This document shows, piece after piece, positions 10,065 to 19,714 of a stretch of DNA of 64,000 nt (the first letter of the stretch is position 1; each line of letters starts with the position of its first letter). Position numbers and translations under genes: made by a program. This DNA comes from an uncultured Planctomycetota bacterium. Lineage in GTDB: Bacteria > Planctomycetota > B143-G9. The notes beneath the pieces were generated by a model. It saw only the letters and a list, made by a program, of their open reading frames with translations. It made no database searches and was not told the origin of the DNA. Location of the stretch: assembly GCA_964571525.1 (NCBI GenBank), contig CAZNBY010000006.1:13773-77772 (forward strand), written 5' to 3'.

Positions 10065-10901
10065 TCATTCAACTATCTCAAATGATACTTTCCCCTCAAG
10101 CGCGGTAGCCCAATATCCACCGCCTCTTACACCGTGAAAGCATTCTTCGGTTAGGCGGATGATACAATTGTAGTGACCAGTAGTAAGGCGCGTTTTTCCG
10201 GCCGGAGGGCGATATCCTGACCACCTGTTCTCGCTCATAGCCCAGATGCGGGCGATCTTAGGCTCATGAAATCTATCGTAAGCAGGAGGTGAGAACCTGT
10301 TCACAAATACCACCTCGGTCCTTTCACCTTCCGGTGGAGGTGAATCTTCAAGGTTCGCGCTTACAATAACATGATATGATGAATCCAATGCAAACTCAAG
10401 CTGCGCGTCGCCGTTCGAATCGGTTGTGAACCAATCGAAAAGGATGTACCCTTCGGCCTTTGTCTTGTCTGCAAGCATTTGGTAGTCTGTATCGGAGAAG
10501 TTGGTCCCTCCGCCTGAGATAAGCCAACGGCCAGCGTAACCGATTCTCTCCATCGCAGTCATATCGGAATGGAGGCCAACCAGTTTAACCTGATATGTAA
10601 AGAAAGGCTTTAGCTTCTTCGCATAGAGCTTTCCGCGAAATGTGCTGTTCTTATCGTAATAGACGACTTCTACGCTTGAGGGCTGGGCGTAAGAAAAGCT
10701 CTCGATATATGACTGATTATAGTAATTACCGGCGATATCTGCGTATCGCTGGTTCTCGACGACTGGCGGTGGGTTGAGTGTGACTCTCTTCAAAACTGGA
10801 ATCTTGGCAGTGTCTGAAGAAATGAATGCGATAAACGCTGCTGCCAGAACGGTGAGCAGAAAGGTGAATCCCGCAATCCGAAATGCCGATGACCTGCGCA
10901 T
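10065..10901 (-). CDS. Hypothetical N-terminally anchored extracytoplasmic protein
   Basis: N-terminal TM/signal AFRIAGFTFLLTVLAAAFIAFI. No recognisable motifs. Confidence 0.4.
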   Translation of the reverse strand: MRRSSAFRIAGFTFLLTVLAAAFIAFISSDTAKIPVLKRVTLNPPPVVENQRYADIAGNYYNQSYIESFSYAQPSSVEVVYYDKNSTFRGKLYAKKLKPFFTYQVKLVGLHSDMTAMERIGYAGRWLISGGGTNFSDTDYQMLADKTKAEGYILFDWFTTDSNGDAQLEFALDSSYHVIVSANLEDSPPPEGERTEVVFVNRFSPPAYDRFHEPKIARIWAMSENRWSGYRPPAGKTRLTTGHYNCIIRLTEECFHGVRGGGYWATALEGKVSFEIVE

Positions 10902-10970
10902 AGGCTAATTATAAGGTGTTCGCAGCACGAGAAAACTCTGTTTGGCGCAAATGCACTTTGAACACAAAAA

Positions 10971-10997
10971 AACCGGCGCGAAGGCCGGTTTTTTTGT
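10971..10997 (-). terminator. Rho-independent terminator (bidirectional hairpin flanked by A7 and T7)
   Basis: aaaaaaAACCGGC-gcgaag-GCCGGTTttttttt lies immediately downstream of the minus-strand gene ending at 11016. Confidence 0.6.
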
Positions 10998-11015
10998 GCA
11001 TTGTCTGAATCAGAG

Positions 11016-12332
11016 TTAAGCCATGAACGGCGCTTTGCCGATTATGTCAGAAAGCGTCGGCGTGCCGAAATCATCAAGATCATAGCGGACACGGATATAT
11101 GGCTTCTTTATCGTAAGGATTCGCGCAAGATCAATCGGAGTTGCAACGATTACCGCATCGCATTCTGTTGAGTTTATCGTGCTTTCAAGGTCTTTGATCT
11201 GCTGCTTTGAATAGCCCATCGCGGGAAGCAGAATGCCGATTTCAGGATACTTGGCGAAGGTCTCAGCGATTGTCTTTACTGCCCAAGGGCGAGGATCAAC
11301 AGGCACTGCGCCATGGTTCTTTGCGAATACAATGCCAGCGCCGTACTTCATTTCACCATGGGTAAGGGTCGGACCATCTTCGACAACCAAGACCTTTTTG
11401 CCGCGCACAAACTCAGGATTGTCGCTCGTTACAGGTGAGTTTGCAAGTACGATTCGAGCCTTGCTGTTATACTGCTTGGCGTTTTCGATAATTGAATCAA
11501 TGTTCTTCTTTATCGCAGAATCAACCTTGTTGATTACGATCGTGTCGGCCATTGTGAAGTTCTCACGCCCTGGATAATATGAAAGCTCGTGACCCGGACG
11601 ATGAGGATCAGCGACGCAGATGTGAATATCGGGCTTGAAGAAAGGCGTATCGTTATTTCCACCGTCCCAAAGAACGACATCTGCCTCTTTTTCAGCTTCG
11701 CGCAGAATCGCCTCGTAATCAACACCGGCATAAACAACAACACCGTTTGCGATATGGGGTTCGTATTCTTCCATCTCCTCGATCGTGCATTTGTGCTTTT
11801 CCATATCCTCGATTGTGGCAAAGCGCTGCACGCGCTGTGCGACAAGGTCACCGTAGGGCATTGGATGGCGGACAACGACGACTTTAAGTCCTTTTGCCTG
11901 AAGGATCTGAACAACGCGACGGGTTGTCTGTGATTTTCCGCATCCAGTTCTTACAGCGCAGATAGCCACGACAGGTTTGCATGATTTCACCATGACATCC
12001 TTCGGGTCGGGGGTCAAAAAGACCGCACCGGCCGACTCAACGATCTTGCGCTTTGATTCGATGTAATCGTAGGAGACATCTGAATAAGCGAAGACGACGA
12101 ACTGCACATTGAACTTGCGGATCAGGTGCGGCAGCTCTGACTCGGGGTGAATGGGAATTCCATCCGGATAAAGCTTACCGGCGAGAGCGGCGGGGTAGAT
12201 GCGCCCCTCAATGCCCGGAATCTGCGTTGCAGTGAACGCTACGACCCGGAAGTTGGGATTATCGCGGTAAACTGTGTTGAAAGTGTGGAAATCCTTGCCT
12301 GCGGCACCCATAATGAGAACATTACGCTGCAT
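11016..12332 (-). CDS. P-loop NTPase-family protein, possibly cyclic 2,3-diphosphoglycerate synthetase-like (COG2403-type). Assignment uncertain.
   Basis: N-terminus LIMGAAGKDFHTFN. Internal Walker-A-like AVRTGCGKSQTT. Size about 440 aa. Confidence 0.4.
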   Translation of the reverse strand: MQRNVLIMGAAGKDFHTFNTVYRDNPNFRVVAFTATQIPGIEGRIYPAALAGKLYPDGIPIHPESELPHLIRKFNVQFVVFAYSDVSYDYIESKRKIVESAGAVFLTPDPKDVMVKSCKPVVAICAVRTGCGKSQTTRRVVQILQAKGLKVVVVRHPMPYGDLVAQRVQRFATIEDMEKHKCTIEEMEEYEPHIANGVVVYAGVDYEAILREAEKEADVVLWDGGNNDTPFFKPDIHICVADPHRPGHELSYYPGRENFTMADTIVINKVDSAIKKNIDSIIENAKQYNSKARIVLANSPVTSDNPEFVRGKKVLVVEDGPTLTHGEMKYGAGIVFAKNHGAVPVDPRPWAVKTIAETFAKYPEIGILLPAMGYSKQQIKDLESTINSTECDAVIVATPIDLARILTIKKPYIRVRYDLDDFGTPTLSDIIGKAPFMA

Positions 12333-12534
12333 AAAAACTCCTCTGTACTACTTCGCAGAACCTTATCGTTGGCGATGGTTTTGTTGCGAAAAGACAAGGC
12401 AATTCTAACCAGTTATACCATAAGGCAAGTTTTCAAATCGGCTGTTCTTCACCTTTTCACAATATGAACTGAGACAAATACGACCATCGTTCACCGCAGA
12501 ATGCGCATTTCCACAAACAGGATAAAATTACTGA

Positions 12535-13083
12535 ATGGCACAACCAGAACCCTTCAGCCCAGTGCAGTGCTTTTTTGCGATGCTGTATGTGAACTCAGAC
12601 TTATGCGACCGAGCCTTGTCAGTTATCGAGACACGGTTAGGCACGCTGTCACATAGGTTCGGCCCGATTCCTTTCACTTTCACAGATTATTATGATGCTG
12701 AGATGGGTAAACCTGCGCTGCGCATGCTCGTGCAAATGCGCGAACTTGTTTCACCAATTCAGCTTGCCGACATGAAGATCGAAACAAATCGAATCGAAAT
12801 GGAAATTGCACAAGGAACTGGGTTTGTGCGGCCAGTCAACATTGACCCCGGTTACATAGACAGATACAAGCTCGTGTTAGCATCGTGTAAAAACGGCCCG
12901 ATGCGCATACCATTAAAGGATGGAGTCTATGCCGAAGTTACAATGACATGGCGAAAAGACGGATTCACTGCACACGACCTGACTTATGCAGACTACCGGT
13001 CAGACGAAATACGCGGTTTTCTCGCTCAAATCCGGCAAGACTACTTGAAGAAGCTGAAAGACCTGCGAAACTCTTCTACATAA
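12535..13083 (+). CDS. Hypothetical cytoplasmic protein (DUF4416-like)
   Basis: 182-aa ORF with no TM. Family assignment from memory only. Confidence 0.35.
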   Translation: MAQPEPFSPVQCFFAMLYVNSDLCDRALSVIETRLGTLSHRFGPIPFTFTDYYDAEMGKPALRMLVQMRELVSPIQLADMKIETNRIEMEIAQGTGFVRPVNIDPGYIDRYKLVLASCKNGPMRIPLKDGVYAEVTMTWRKDGFTAHDLTYADYRSDEIRGFLAQIRQDYLKKLKDLRNSST

Positions 13084-13735
13084 ATCCATGTTCGCGCAGA
13101 AAGTCACCATCAACCTTTGAGCCTTTTTTCGCCCCCTGCTCCATCCCGCTCGATAGTATGCGCTTAACAAATTTACCCAACATATCGGTCTCGATATTAA
13201 CATGAGAACCGGCTCTTAATGTGCAGAGATTCGTGTTGCTCCAGGTATGGGGAATGACCGCGATTTCTACGCCCTGTTTCGTAAGCTTGGCAATAGTCAG
13301 CGACACACCATTGACTGCAATGCTGCCCTTTTCGATGCAAAGCACAAGCATCTCGTTTTGAAGCGCAATCGAAAGTGTATGTTGAAGACCATCGTCAGAT
13401 GCGCTAATAACCTTACCAACACCATCAATATGACCGGATACGAAATGCCCACCGATTCTATCACCGACCCGCAACGAACGCTCAAGATTGACCTTCTCAC
13501 CAATACTTCGACGGGATATAATTGACCGCGAAACCGTCTCTTCTACAGCATCGAAAGCGACTGATGTTCGTGCAACACTGACGGCTGTCAGACAACAACC
13601 ATCAACCGAGACACTGTCGCCTAAATTTACCCCTTGTGCAAATGCAGTTGAGCAGGAGACTTCAAGCGTCAACCCGCCTGCATTTGGCTTTATGCGTAAA
13701 AGAGCGCCCTGCTCCTCCACCAGACCTGTGAACAT
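13076..13735 (-). CDS. ribE: Riboflavin synthase alpha subunit
   Basis: MFTGLVEEQG N-terminus and duplicated lumazine-binding halves (GDSVSVDGCCLT / GSIAVNGVSLT). Confidence 0.85.
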   Translation of the reverse strand: MFTGLVEEQGALLRIKPNAGGLTLEVSCSTAFAQGVNLGDSVSVDGCCLTAVSVARTSVAFDAVEETVSRSIISRRSIGEKVNLERSLRVGDRIGGHFVSGHIDGVGKVISASDDGLQHTLSIALQNEMLVLCIEKGSIAVNGVSLTIAKLTKQGVEIAVIPHTWSNTNLCTLRAGSHVNIETDMLGKFVKRILSSGMEQGAKKGSKVDGDFLREHGFM

Positions 13736-13851
13736 CGTGCCCCCTTGTTTTCGTCTATTATATCGGGTAGTACCCTTTTTTCTATAAGCATCGCATCTGC
13801 GCTTATCACTGCAATTACCTGCTGCAATATTGCAGTATAATTCTGTATGAG

Positions 13852-15087
13852 GTGTTCATGAAAGCCACCACCAAACACATTTGCCGCACTCCCATCATCT
13901 TCCTATGCGTTTGCATGCTCCTCTTCTGTGCGCAAATCATCATTGCGGAAAAGGCAATTAGCGAGGACGACCGCAAGAAAGAGGCTCTTTCAATCCTTTC
14001 GGACATTGAGGCAAAGTACCCTTACTTCGATCTGAAGGGCATAAAGAACGACTGGAAGGCAAAATCGAAGGACTGGAAAAACCGTGCCAAGAGCCTTAAA
14101 TCAGACGAGCAGCTAATAGAACTTGTTCACGATTACCTATCCGCGTTACGGGATTGCTCAGCTCGTCTTTCAGGTACTAAGATACAAGTTGCGGAAAGCA
14201 AACCACAGTTTCACACTGGCCTTCGGTTCGCAATTGCAAAGGATAAGACCGTCTTTGTAATCGAAAACACAAGCGGAATCTATCCTGAAGCCTCAAAAGG
14301 ATCTGTTGTAACCAAGATAGACGGCAAGTCGGCACTCACTTGGATAAACGATCGGACAAATGAGCTGTGGAGCGAGGGTGGTCGCTTCTCAAGCCCCACG
14401 CAACTTATGGACATGGTCGTGCGCAACCCATTTGCTGGTGCGCAAGGAGATAAACACACGATTAGTGTAAAGGGAGATGGCGAAGAAACCGATATTGAGG
14501 TGACCAATACAATCGCATATGATGAAACGAGAGCCTCTGCTTCGCTATTATCGAATATGATGACAACCAAGGACAAATATGTTACCTTCAAAGAGCTTCC
14601 TGAACGAATCTGCTACATCTTTGTGCAACATATTTCTGAATGGTGTGAAAGCGCAATCGGTGAGATTATCGAGGACAAGTTATCAAATCCAAGGGCGATA
14701 ATAATCGACCTTTCAGCGGCATCGGGAGGTGACTTTGTCGCTTGGACTTGCCTTGGAAGACATGCCAGACGCATTGTGCTAATTGTGTCGGGACGCACAT
14801 CTGGCAACACAGAGCTTTTTGCGCGCAACATTGTCCGTTCTCTTGGCGCTCGAATGATCGGATCAAGAACAGCGGGAGTAGGCTCAAAGACGACCGAATT
14901 CGACCTTCCCCGCGGTCTTGGCAAGATGCACTTACCAACATCTTCTCACGATGGGCTTGCGGGTGTGCTTGAGTTCAACGGTATGAAACCGCATATTGAA
15001 ATTTTCCCAACAAGAGAGGATTGCGTTGCAGGAAAAGACAGCATGGTTGAGGAAGCTCTTAAGGCAATTAAGGCAAGCGTAAAATAG
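13852..15087 (+). CDS. Secreted S41-family (C-terminal processing) peptidase-like protein
   Basis: Signal peptide. AIIIDLSAASGGDFVAW resembles the S41 IIDLRNNPGG motif region. Compare the bona fide Ctp at 56996-58642. Confidence 0.45.
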   Translation: MFMKATTKHICRTPIIFLCVCMLLFCAQIIIAEKAISEDDRKKEALSILSDIEAKYPYFDLKGIKNDWKAKSKDWKNRAKSLKSDEQLIELVHDYLSALRDCSARLSGTKIQVAESKPQFHTGLRFAIAKDKTVFVIENTSGIYPEASKGSVVTKIDGKSALTWINDRTNELWSEGGRFSSPTQLMDMVVRNPFAGAQGDKHTISVKGDGEETDIEVTNTIAYDETRASASLLSNMMTTKDKYVTFKELPERICYIFVQHISEWCESAIGEIIEDKLSNPRAIIIDLSAASGGDFVAWTCLGRHARRIVLIVSGRTSGNTELFARNIVRSLGARMIGSRTAGVGSKTTEFDLPRGLGKMHLPTSSHDGLAGVLEFNGMKPHIEIFPTREDCVAGKDSMVEEALKAIKASVK

Positions 15088-15102
15088 GCTGCCATATAAA
15101 AG

Positions 15103-15124
15103 AACCCCGCGGGCGCGGGGTTCT
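15103..15124. terminator. GC-rich hairpin terminator between convergent genes
   Basis: GAACCCCGC-gggc-GCGGGGTTC is a perfect 9-bp stem. A T-rich tract follows on the minus strand (cttttatatgg), just downstream of the gene ending at 15146. Confidence 0.55.
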
Positions 15125-15145
15125 GCAAGTGCGATTTATAGACGA

Positions 15146-16072
15146 CTACTTCTTCTCGTCTATCTCACGAACCTCAAAATTGTCGAACTTCACCTGCTTG
15201 TCAGCGTAGAGTCCAACTTGCCCAACGGTGAACTGCTGGTCAGAAGTTGCAAGTACCTCTTTTCCGTCAACATACAGCACGAATCTGTCATTTTCAGCCT
15301 TAACTTCCATTGTGTGTGTTGCGCTCCAGTCGAAACCCTTCGGTATTGGTGCTTTGTCAAGCTCAATGTATTTGCCGTTGACTATTTCAGTGTAGATAAA
15401 TGCATTACGCCCGCGGTCTATCTCAAGGCCATATCCTGTTACAAGCTTAGTACCACTTGCAGTCGCTCGAAACACGATACCTGCGGAGCTTTGCGGATTT
15501 TGAAAATTGACATCCACCTTAATAGTATTGTTTGTAAGGTTCTTATCGTTGCGAAGTAATAGACTGTATTGCCCGGTAGGTGCGACAAGAGCACCGTTTT
15601 CAACTCGCCAAGAGCCATATATCTTGCTCCATGCCTCCATACCAGCGCTGAAGTCGTCAGATGCTAATATTCGCTCAAAGATTATTTCGTTTTCCTCTTC
15701 TGTTGTCGAAACTGCATGGATAGAGCAACCCATAATCGCCTGATACAGGTCTGAAGTAGGTTCGAAATCGAGCCAGAAATAGACTCCCGCTTTCGGACAT
15801 ACCGCACTATGGTAAAGATCTGCATTGCGAAGTTCATCTATCGAGTAGCTATGGCGATTAGTGTTCGCATAAAAAAGCTGCTCGGCGCGTGTGAGCGCTT
15901 GCCTGTTTGCAAAGCAGATGCTCGCATGTGACTTCTCACGAGCATGAAGCATGTTCGGTATAGCAATCGCGGCGACAACTGCAATTATCCCGACAACGAT
16001 TACGATTTCTAACAGCGTGAAGCCGCTGTTTCTCTTCGAGGAAAGGTGTGGTCTGATGTCTGTTTCTGCCAT
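15146..16072 (-). CDS. Prepilin-type N-terminal cleavage/methylation domain protein with C-terminal DUF1080/LamG-like domain
   Basis: GFTLLEIVIVVGIIAVVAAIAIP class-III signal motif. The C-terminus ...SWRVENGALVAPTG... is typical of DUF1080 (3-keto-disaccharide hydrolase-like) domains. Confidence 0.6.
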   Translation of the reverse strand: MAETDIRPHLSSKRNSGFTLLEIVIVVGIIAVVAAIAIPNMLHAREKSHASICFANRQALTRAEQLFYANTNRHSYSIDELRNADLYHSAVCPKAGVYFWLDFEPTSDLYQAIMGCSIHAVSTTEEENEIIFERILASDDFSAGMEAWSKIYGSWRVENGALVAPTGQYSLLLRNDKNLTNNTIKVDVNFQNPQSSAGIVFRATASGTKLVTGYGLEIDRGRNAFIYTEIVNGKYIELDKAPIPKGFDWSATHTMEVKAENDRFVLYVDGKEVLATSDQQFTVGQVGLYADKQVKFDNFEVREIDEKK

Positions 16073-16163
16073 GTTACCTCCAGCGTATGATTAGAGGATA
16101 GCAAATGTTATGCCAGTTTTCTGGGCATTTATCCACAGAAAAGCGCACATTATAGACCGCATG

Positions 16164-16220
16164 GTGACAATTTCTGTCACTTCACTGACAAATTTTGTCA
16201 CGCATGACAATTCGTGAACA
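16164..16220. promoter_or_regulatory. Three tandem TGACA-N5/6-TGTCA palindromic operator-like sites spaced about 21 bp apart, upstream of the pilin-like gene
   Basis: GTGACAATTTCTGTCAC (16164-16180), TGACAAATTTTGTCA (16186-16200), TGACAATTCGTGAACA (16205-16220). Confidence 0.35.
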
Positions 16221-16276
16221 CAGATTATACATGGCGTTGATATTAACCGAAAACACACTGCGGCATCTTAAGTGGT

Positions 16277-16858
16277 TCATTGTAAGTCGCCTGCTGATAG
16301 TAGCTTAGCAAGTTCAGGCTTGCCACGAGCGATAGCAAGATGCAGTGGTGTGCGACCGCGCGCATCTTCTATGTCCTTTCTCGCTCCAGCGCTTATAAGC
16401 AACTCGACAACCTTTGCGTTACCAGAAGAAACAGCACGATGTAAAGCTGTTGCTCCCGATTTGTCAGCGGTATTCAGTTCTACGCCATTATCTATCAGCG
16501 ATTTCACAATTTCCAAACGAGCGAGAAATGAAGCAATATGAAGTGGAGTCGCGCCAGCATCAGAGACGCAGTTCACCGAGCATCCTGCTTGTATTAGAAT
16601 CCGCATGGTCTCTATATCACCATTGAAGGCGGCAGGAAACAATGCATTGCCACCCTCAGAATTCCTACCGTCAGGTTCCGCTCCGCGTTGAAGCAAAAAG
16701 TGCACCATCTGCACATTCTTTGCTATCACAGCAAGCTGAAGTGGTGGAATCCCCTGCGGATTTTGCATATTGACAATCGCCGGTACCGCCTTGATTGACT
16801 GAGTAACAGCATCGAGGTCGCCACGAGAGACCGAATCGAAGAAATCTTTCTGTTCCAT
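16277..16858 (-). CDS. Ankyrin-repeat protein (cytoplasmic)
   Basis: At least four ankyrin repeats, e.g. DAGATPLHIASFLARLEIVKSLIDNGVELN and KSGATALHRAVSSGNAKVVELLISAGA. Confidence 0.85.
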   Translation of the reverse strand: MEQKDFFDSVSRGDLDAVTQSIKAVPAIVNMQNPQGIPPLQLAVIAKNVQMVHFLLQRGAEPDGRNSEGGNALFPAAFNGDIETMRILIQAGCSVNCVSDAGATPLHIASFLARLEIVKSLIDNGVELNTADKSGATALHRAVSSGNAKVVELLISAGARKDIEDARGRTPLHLAIARGKPELAKLLSAGDLQ

Positions 16859-17028
16859 AGTGTCAGTATATCAGATCGCAGGAGTCTGGAACAATGCGAT
16901 TGAATGCTGTGCTTCTTTCAACCGTATTTGCTGATGCGCGCGCTTGACCCTTAGCAAGCCACCGCTTGCATTCACTTGAAAATGAGTATTGAATGCACTT
17001 ATGTGTACGCATGAAAGTAGTGGCAGAT

Positions 17029-18162
17029 ATGCGTAAGACCTTGGCATATACTCTTACAGCAATCCTGCTTCTTGCAGCAATCGCCTGCGGTGGTAGCGAT
17101 GAGGATTCATCTTCAAAACCTCCTGTATTCAGCCCTACGAGAGTGATAGACATTGATGAACTGCCATTCACTCTGCTTGAAGGGAGTGAGCCATTTGTCT
17201 TCAACAACAAAGTGTGGATGAGGGGTACTGAAAAGCCAACTGGAAAAGCCGATAATCCTGCCTCTTCTATCTCGATATGGTCATCGGCAAACTGCTCAGT
17301 TTGGACAAAGATCGCTGAGGATGAAGCTTTGCCGTGGAAAATCGGAGGTTTAGGAAGGTTGTTTGTGTACGGCAAAAAAGCGCTGTACTTCGGTGAGGCA
17401 AAGATTGGAGAAGCAAAGTTATGGCAGACAACTGATTTTGTTCAGTGGAGTGAAGTCGCTGACATGAATGCCTTTCCGTTTGTCGTGGACTATAGTAGAG
17501 CCCCAGTTGAGTTTGCGGGCAAATCGTGGTGGTTGGGTGTTGAAAAGACGGAGCAGAAAGACGATGGAACTTCGGGCGGAAACAAATTGTGGTCAACTTC
17601 AGATTTCACCGAGTTTTACGATATTGTGTTGCTCGGTTCTCTGCCGATGGATATTGTGAACTCGGACCTGTTTGTCTTCAATCGTAAGTATTACTTCGAT
17701 GTCTATCAGCAGACTGTGGTGGTTGAGGACAGAAGGCTGTATGCATTTGCGTATCCAAATGAAACTGGTAAACTTGATCGTGATTTTTCCGAAGGGTTCT
17801 TATACAACACTCTTAACGGCATTGACTGGTCGCGCATCGAGGCATCTCCGTACTCTCAATTCAGGATGGTCGCAATACCGGTGCAGACCATGTTCCACTG
17901 TGTGGGCGATTATCTTGTCTGCCTTGCGCAATATGCGCCCGATGATGCAAAGAGCGATTCAGAAAAAGCGGAAGGGGGCTTGTACTTCTGGCGATCAAAG
18001 GATGCAGCGAGTTGGGTAAGAGCCTTTGCGTTGTCAACTGCTGAGTTTATCACTGACGACTCGACTTGCTTCTTTGTGATGAATAGGGCAATGTGGGCTA
18101 TCGCATCAACACAGGATGGTGTAATGAATGAGGGAAGGTGCATTTGGAAGATCACGAGGTAG
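17029..18162 (+). CDS. Secreted lipoprotein with BNR/Asp-box-like repeats (paralog 1 of a tandem pair)
   Basis: Start MRKTLAYTLTAILLLAAIACGGSDED; the six-frame ORF extends to 16993. Repeats IWSSANCSVWTKI, LWSTSDFTEF, YFWRSKDAASWVR. Collinear similarity to the ORF at 18421-19530. Confidence 0.5.
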   Translation: MRKTLAYTLTAILLLAAIACGGSDEDSSSKPPVFSPTRVIDIDELPFTLLEGSEPFVFNNKVWMRGTEKPTGKADNPASSISIWSSANCSVWTKIAEDEALPWKIGGLGRLFVYGKKALYFGEAKIGEAKLWQTTDFVQWSEVADMNAFPFVVDYSRAPVEFAGKSWWLGVEKTEQKDDGTSGGNKLWSTSDFTEFYDIVLLGSLPMDIVNSDLFVFNRKYYFDVYQQTVVVEDRRLYAFAYPNETGKLDRDFSEGFLYNTLNGIDWSRIEASPYSQFRMVAIPVQTMFHCVGDYLVCLAQYAPDDAKSDSEKAEGGLYFWRSKDAASWVRAFALSTAEFITDDSTCFFVMNRAMWAIASTQDGVMNEGRCIWKITR

Positions 18163-18420
18163 CTCTGAATTGCGCTGATGGTTCTGTCAATCGTTTGTAC
18201 TTTCTTCACGAAAGGCCATCCTTTTTGCATGGACGGGCGTATTGACAGCAATGAAGATCCGCTCTGCAATCAAAATACCAGATCGGCCTCAGAGCTTGAT
18301 TTTGAGCAATTTGAGGCTTCGGATTTCCATTCACTGTAAAAAATCCGTGAAAAATCAGTGTAATGGCTTGCAACTTCGAAAAAACTTGTATTTTAGAGGT
18401 GAATCCAAGATTTCTGAAAA

Positions 18421-19530
18421 GTGGAGGTAAACATGAGAAAAGCTTGGGCATTCCTGTTGGTTTCTATCCTTTTCTCCGTGGCGGTTGCTTGTGGAGGTGG
18501 AAGCAGTTCAACAACCGCTTCAGCACCTCAATTCGCACCGACAAGGGGAATCAGCGTTGACGACCTACCGTTTGATATCGGTGAAGGCGACGATCCCTTT
18601 ATTTTTGCCGGTAAAATGTGGATGGGTGGCCCTGAAAAGGTCGCCGCCAAGACTGATCATACCGCAAGCAACATCTGGATCTGGTCATCTTCCAACGGCA
18701 CATCGTGGACAAAAGTCGTGAATGCTGACGACCTTCCGTGGGATGTCGATGGTGATGGTGAAATCTTCATTTTTAACGGTAAGGCATATTATTATGGCGC
18801 TGCGAAGACCGGCCCTGACATGATCTGGTCAACAACTAACATGATCACATGGACAGAAGTCGCAGAGCTTGATGATTTCCCGTTCTACACGAATTTCGAT
18901 CAGGAACCTATCGAGTTCGGTGGCAAGGCTTGGTTCTTAGGCGAAGAGAAAGTGCCCGAAAAGGTTGATAGAGATTCAGGTGATATCTACCTTTGGTCAA
19001 CGACGAACTTCACTTCATTCACAAAGGGCGCGATGCTCAGCGAGCTTCCGATGAGCCTTGAGTATTCAAGCCCGTTTGTCTTTGACAACAAGCTGTATGT
19101 CTATGCGTATCCAAATACCGCTGACAAGTTAGACATGGGTTCATCCGATGCCCGTTTCTACTACACAACAAACGGCACACAGTGGATCCAGATGGCTATA
19201 GACATCTATACGGCTTTCCACATGTCTGCTTCACCGGGTTATACTGATTTCTTGTCCCTTGGAAGGTATCTCATTTGCCTCGCTTGGTACATGGGCTCTT
19301 CATCCACCAAGATGGACATGACAGACGACGATGACAGCGACGAAGGCCAGTATGTCTGGTATTCAAAAGACATCAACACGTGGGTTCGCGGTAAGTCAAC
19401 AGACGAGTTCGAGTTCGAGACATACTGCTCGACCTGCTGGTTTGTGTTCAACAACGCGCTTTGGGCAATCGCAGACACAAAGGAAGGTGCGACGAACCCG
19501 GGCAGGTACTTCTGGAAGGTAACTAAGTAA
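18421..19530 (+). CDS. Secreted lipoprotein with BNR/Asp-box-like repeats (paralog 2)
   Basis: MRKAWAFLLVSILFSVAVACGGGSS lipoprotein-like signal. WSSSNGTSWTKV, WSTTNMITWTEV, WSTTNFTSFTK. The ending ...YFWKVTK parallels ...IWKITR in paralog 1. Confidence 0.55.
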   Translation: MEVNMRKAWAFLLVSILFSVAVACGGGSSSTTASAPQFAPTRGISVDDLPFDIGEGDDPFIFAGKMWMGGPEKVAAKTDHTASNIWIWSSSNGTSWTKVVNADDLPWDVDGDGEIFIFNGKAYYYGAAKTGPDMIWSTTNMITWTEVAELDDFPFYTNFDQEPIEFGGKAWFLGEEKVPEKVDRDSGDIYLWSTTNFTSFTKGAMLSELPMSLEYSSPFVFDNKLYVYAYPNTADKLDMGSSDARFYYTTNGTQWIQMAIDIYTAFHMSASPGYTDFLSLGRYLICLAWYMGSSSTKMDMTDDDDSDEGQYVWYSKDINTWVRGKSTDEFEFETYCSTCWFVFNNALWAIADTKEGATNPGRYFWKVTK

Positions 19531-19550
19531 TTCGTTTCTCAGCACTTTTA

Positions 19551-19585
19551 CGGCGCACCGGAACAACCGGTGCGCCGTTTTTTAT
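19551..19585 (+). terminator. Rho-independent terminator after the paralog 2 gene
   Basis: CGGCGCACCGG-aacaa-CCGGTGCGCCG followed by TTTTTTAT. Confidence 0.7.
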
Positions 19586-19602
19586 CAGCCACAATGGATA
19601 CT

Positions 19603-19630
19603 GCGTATTTCCTTTACCGCGCGGCTATTC
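19603..19630 (+). promoter_or_regulatory. Candidate sigma70-type promoter for trkH
   Basis: TTTACC, 16-nt spacer, TATAAT. By eye only. Confidence 0.25.
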
Positions 19631-19714
19631 AGTGTATAATATCGGCTTCTAAGCTCATCTTTTCAGTTGTATTGCAGGTGAGTTAGATCAAACTGAAGCA
19701 AATACGCGAGTAAC

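Noticed and set aside
18340-18420. Possible sigma54-like TGGC...TTGC element upstream of paralog 2
   Set aside because: The spacing and sequence (tggcttgcaa) do not fit the TGGCAC-N5-TTGC consensus.
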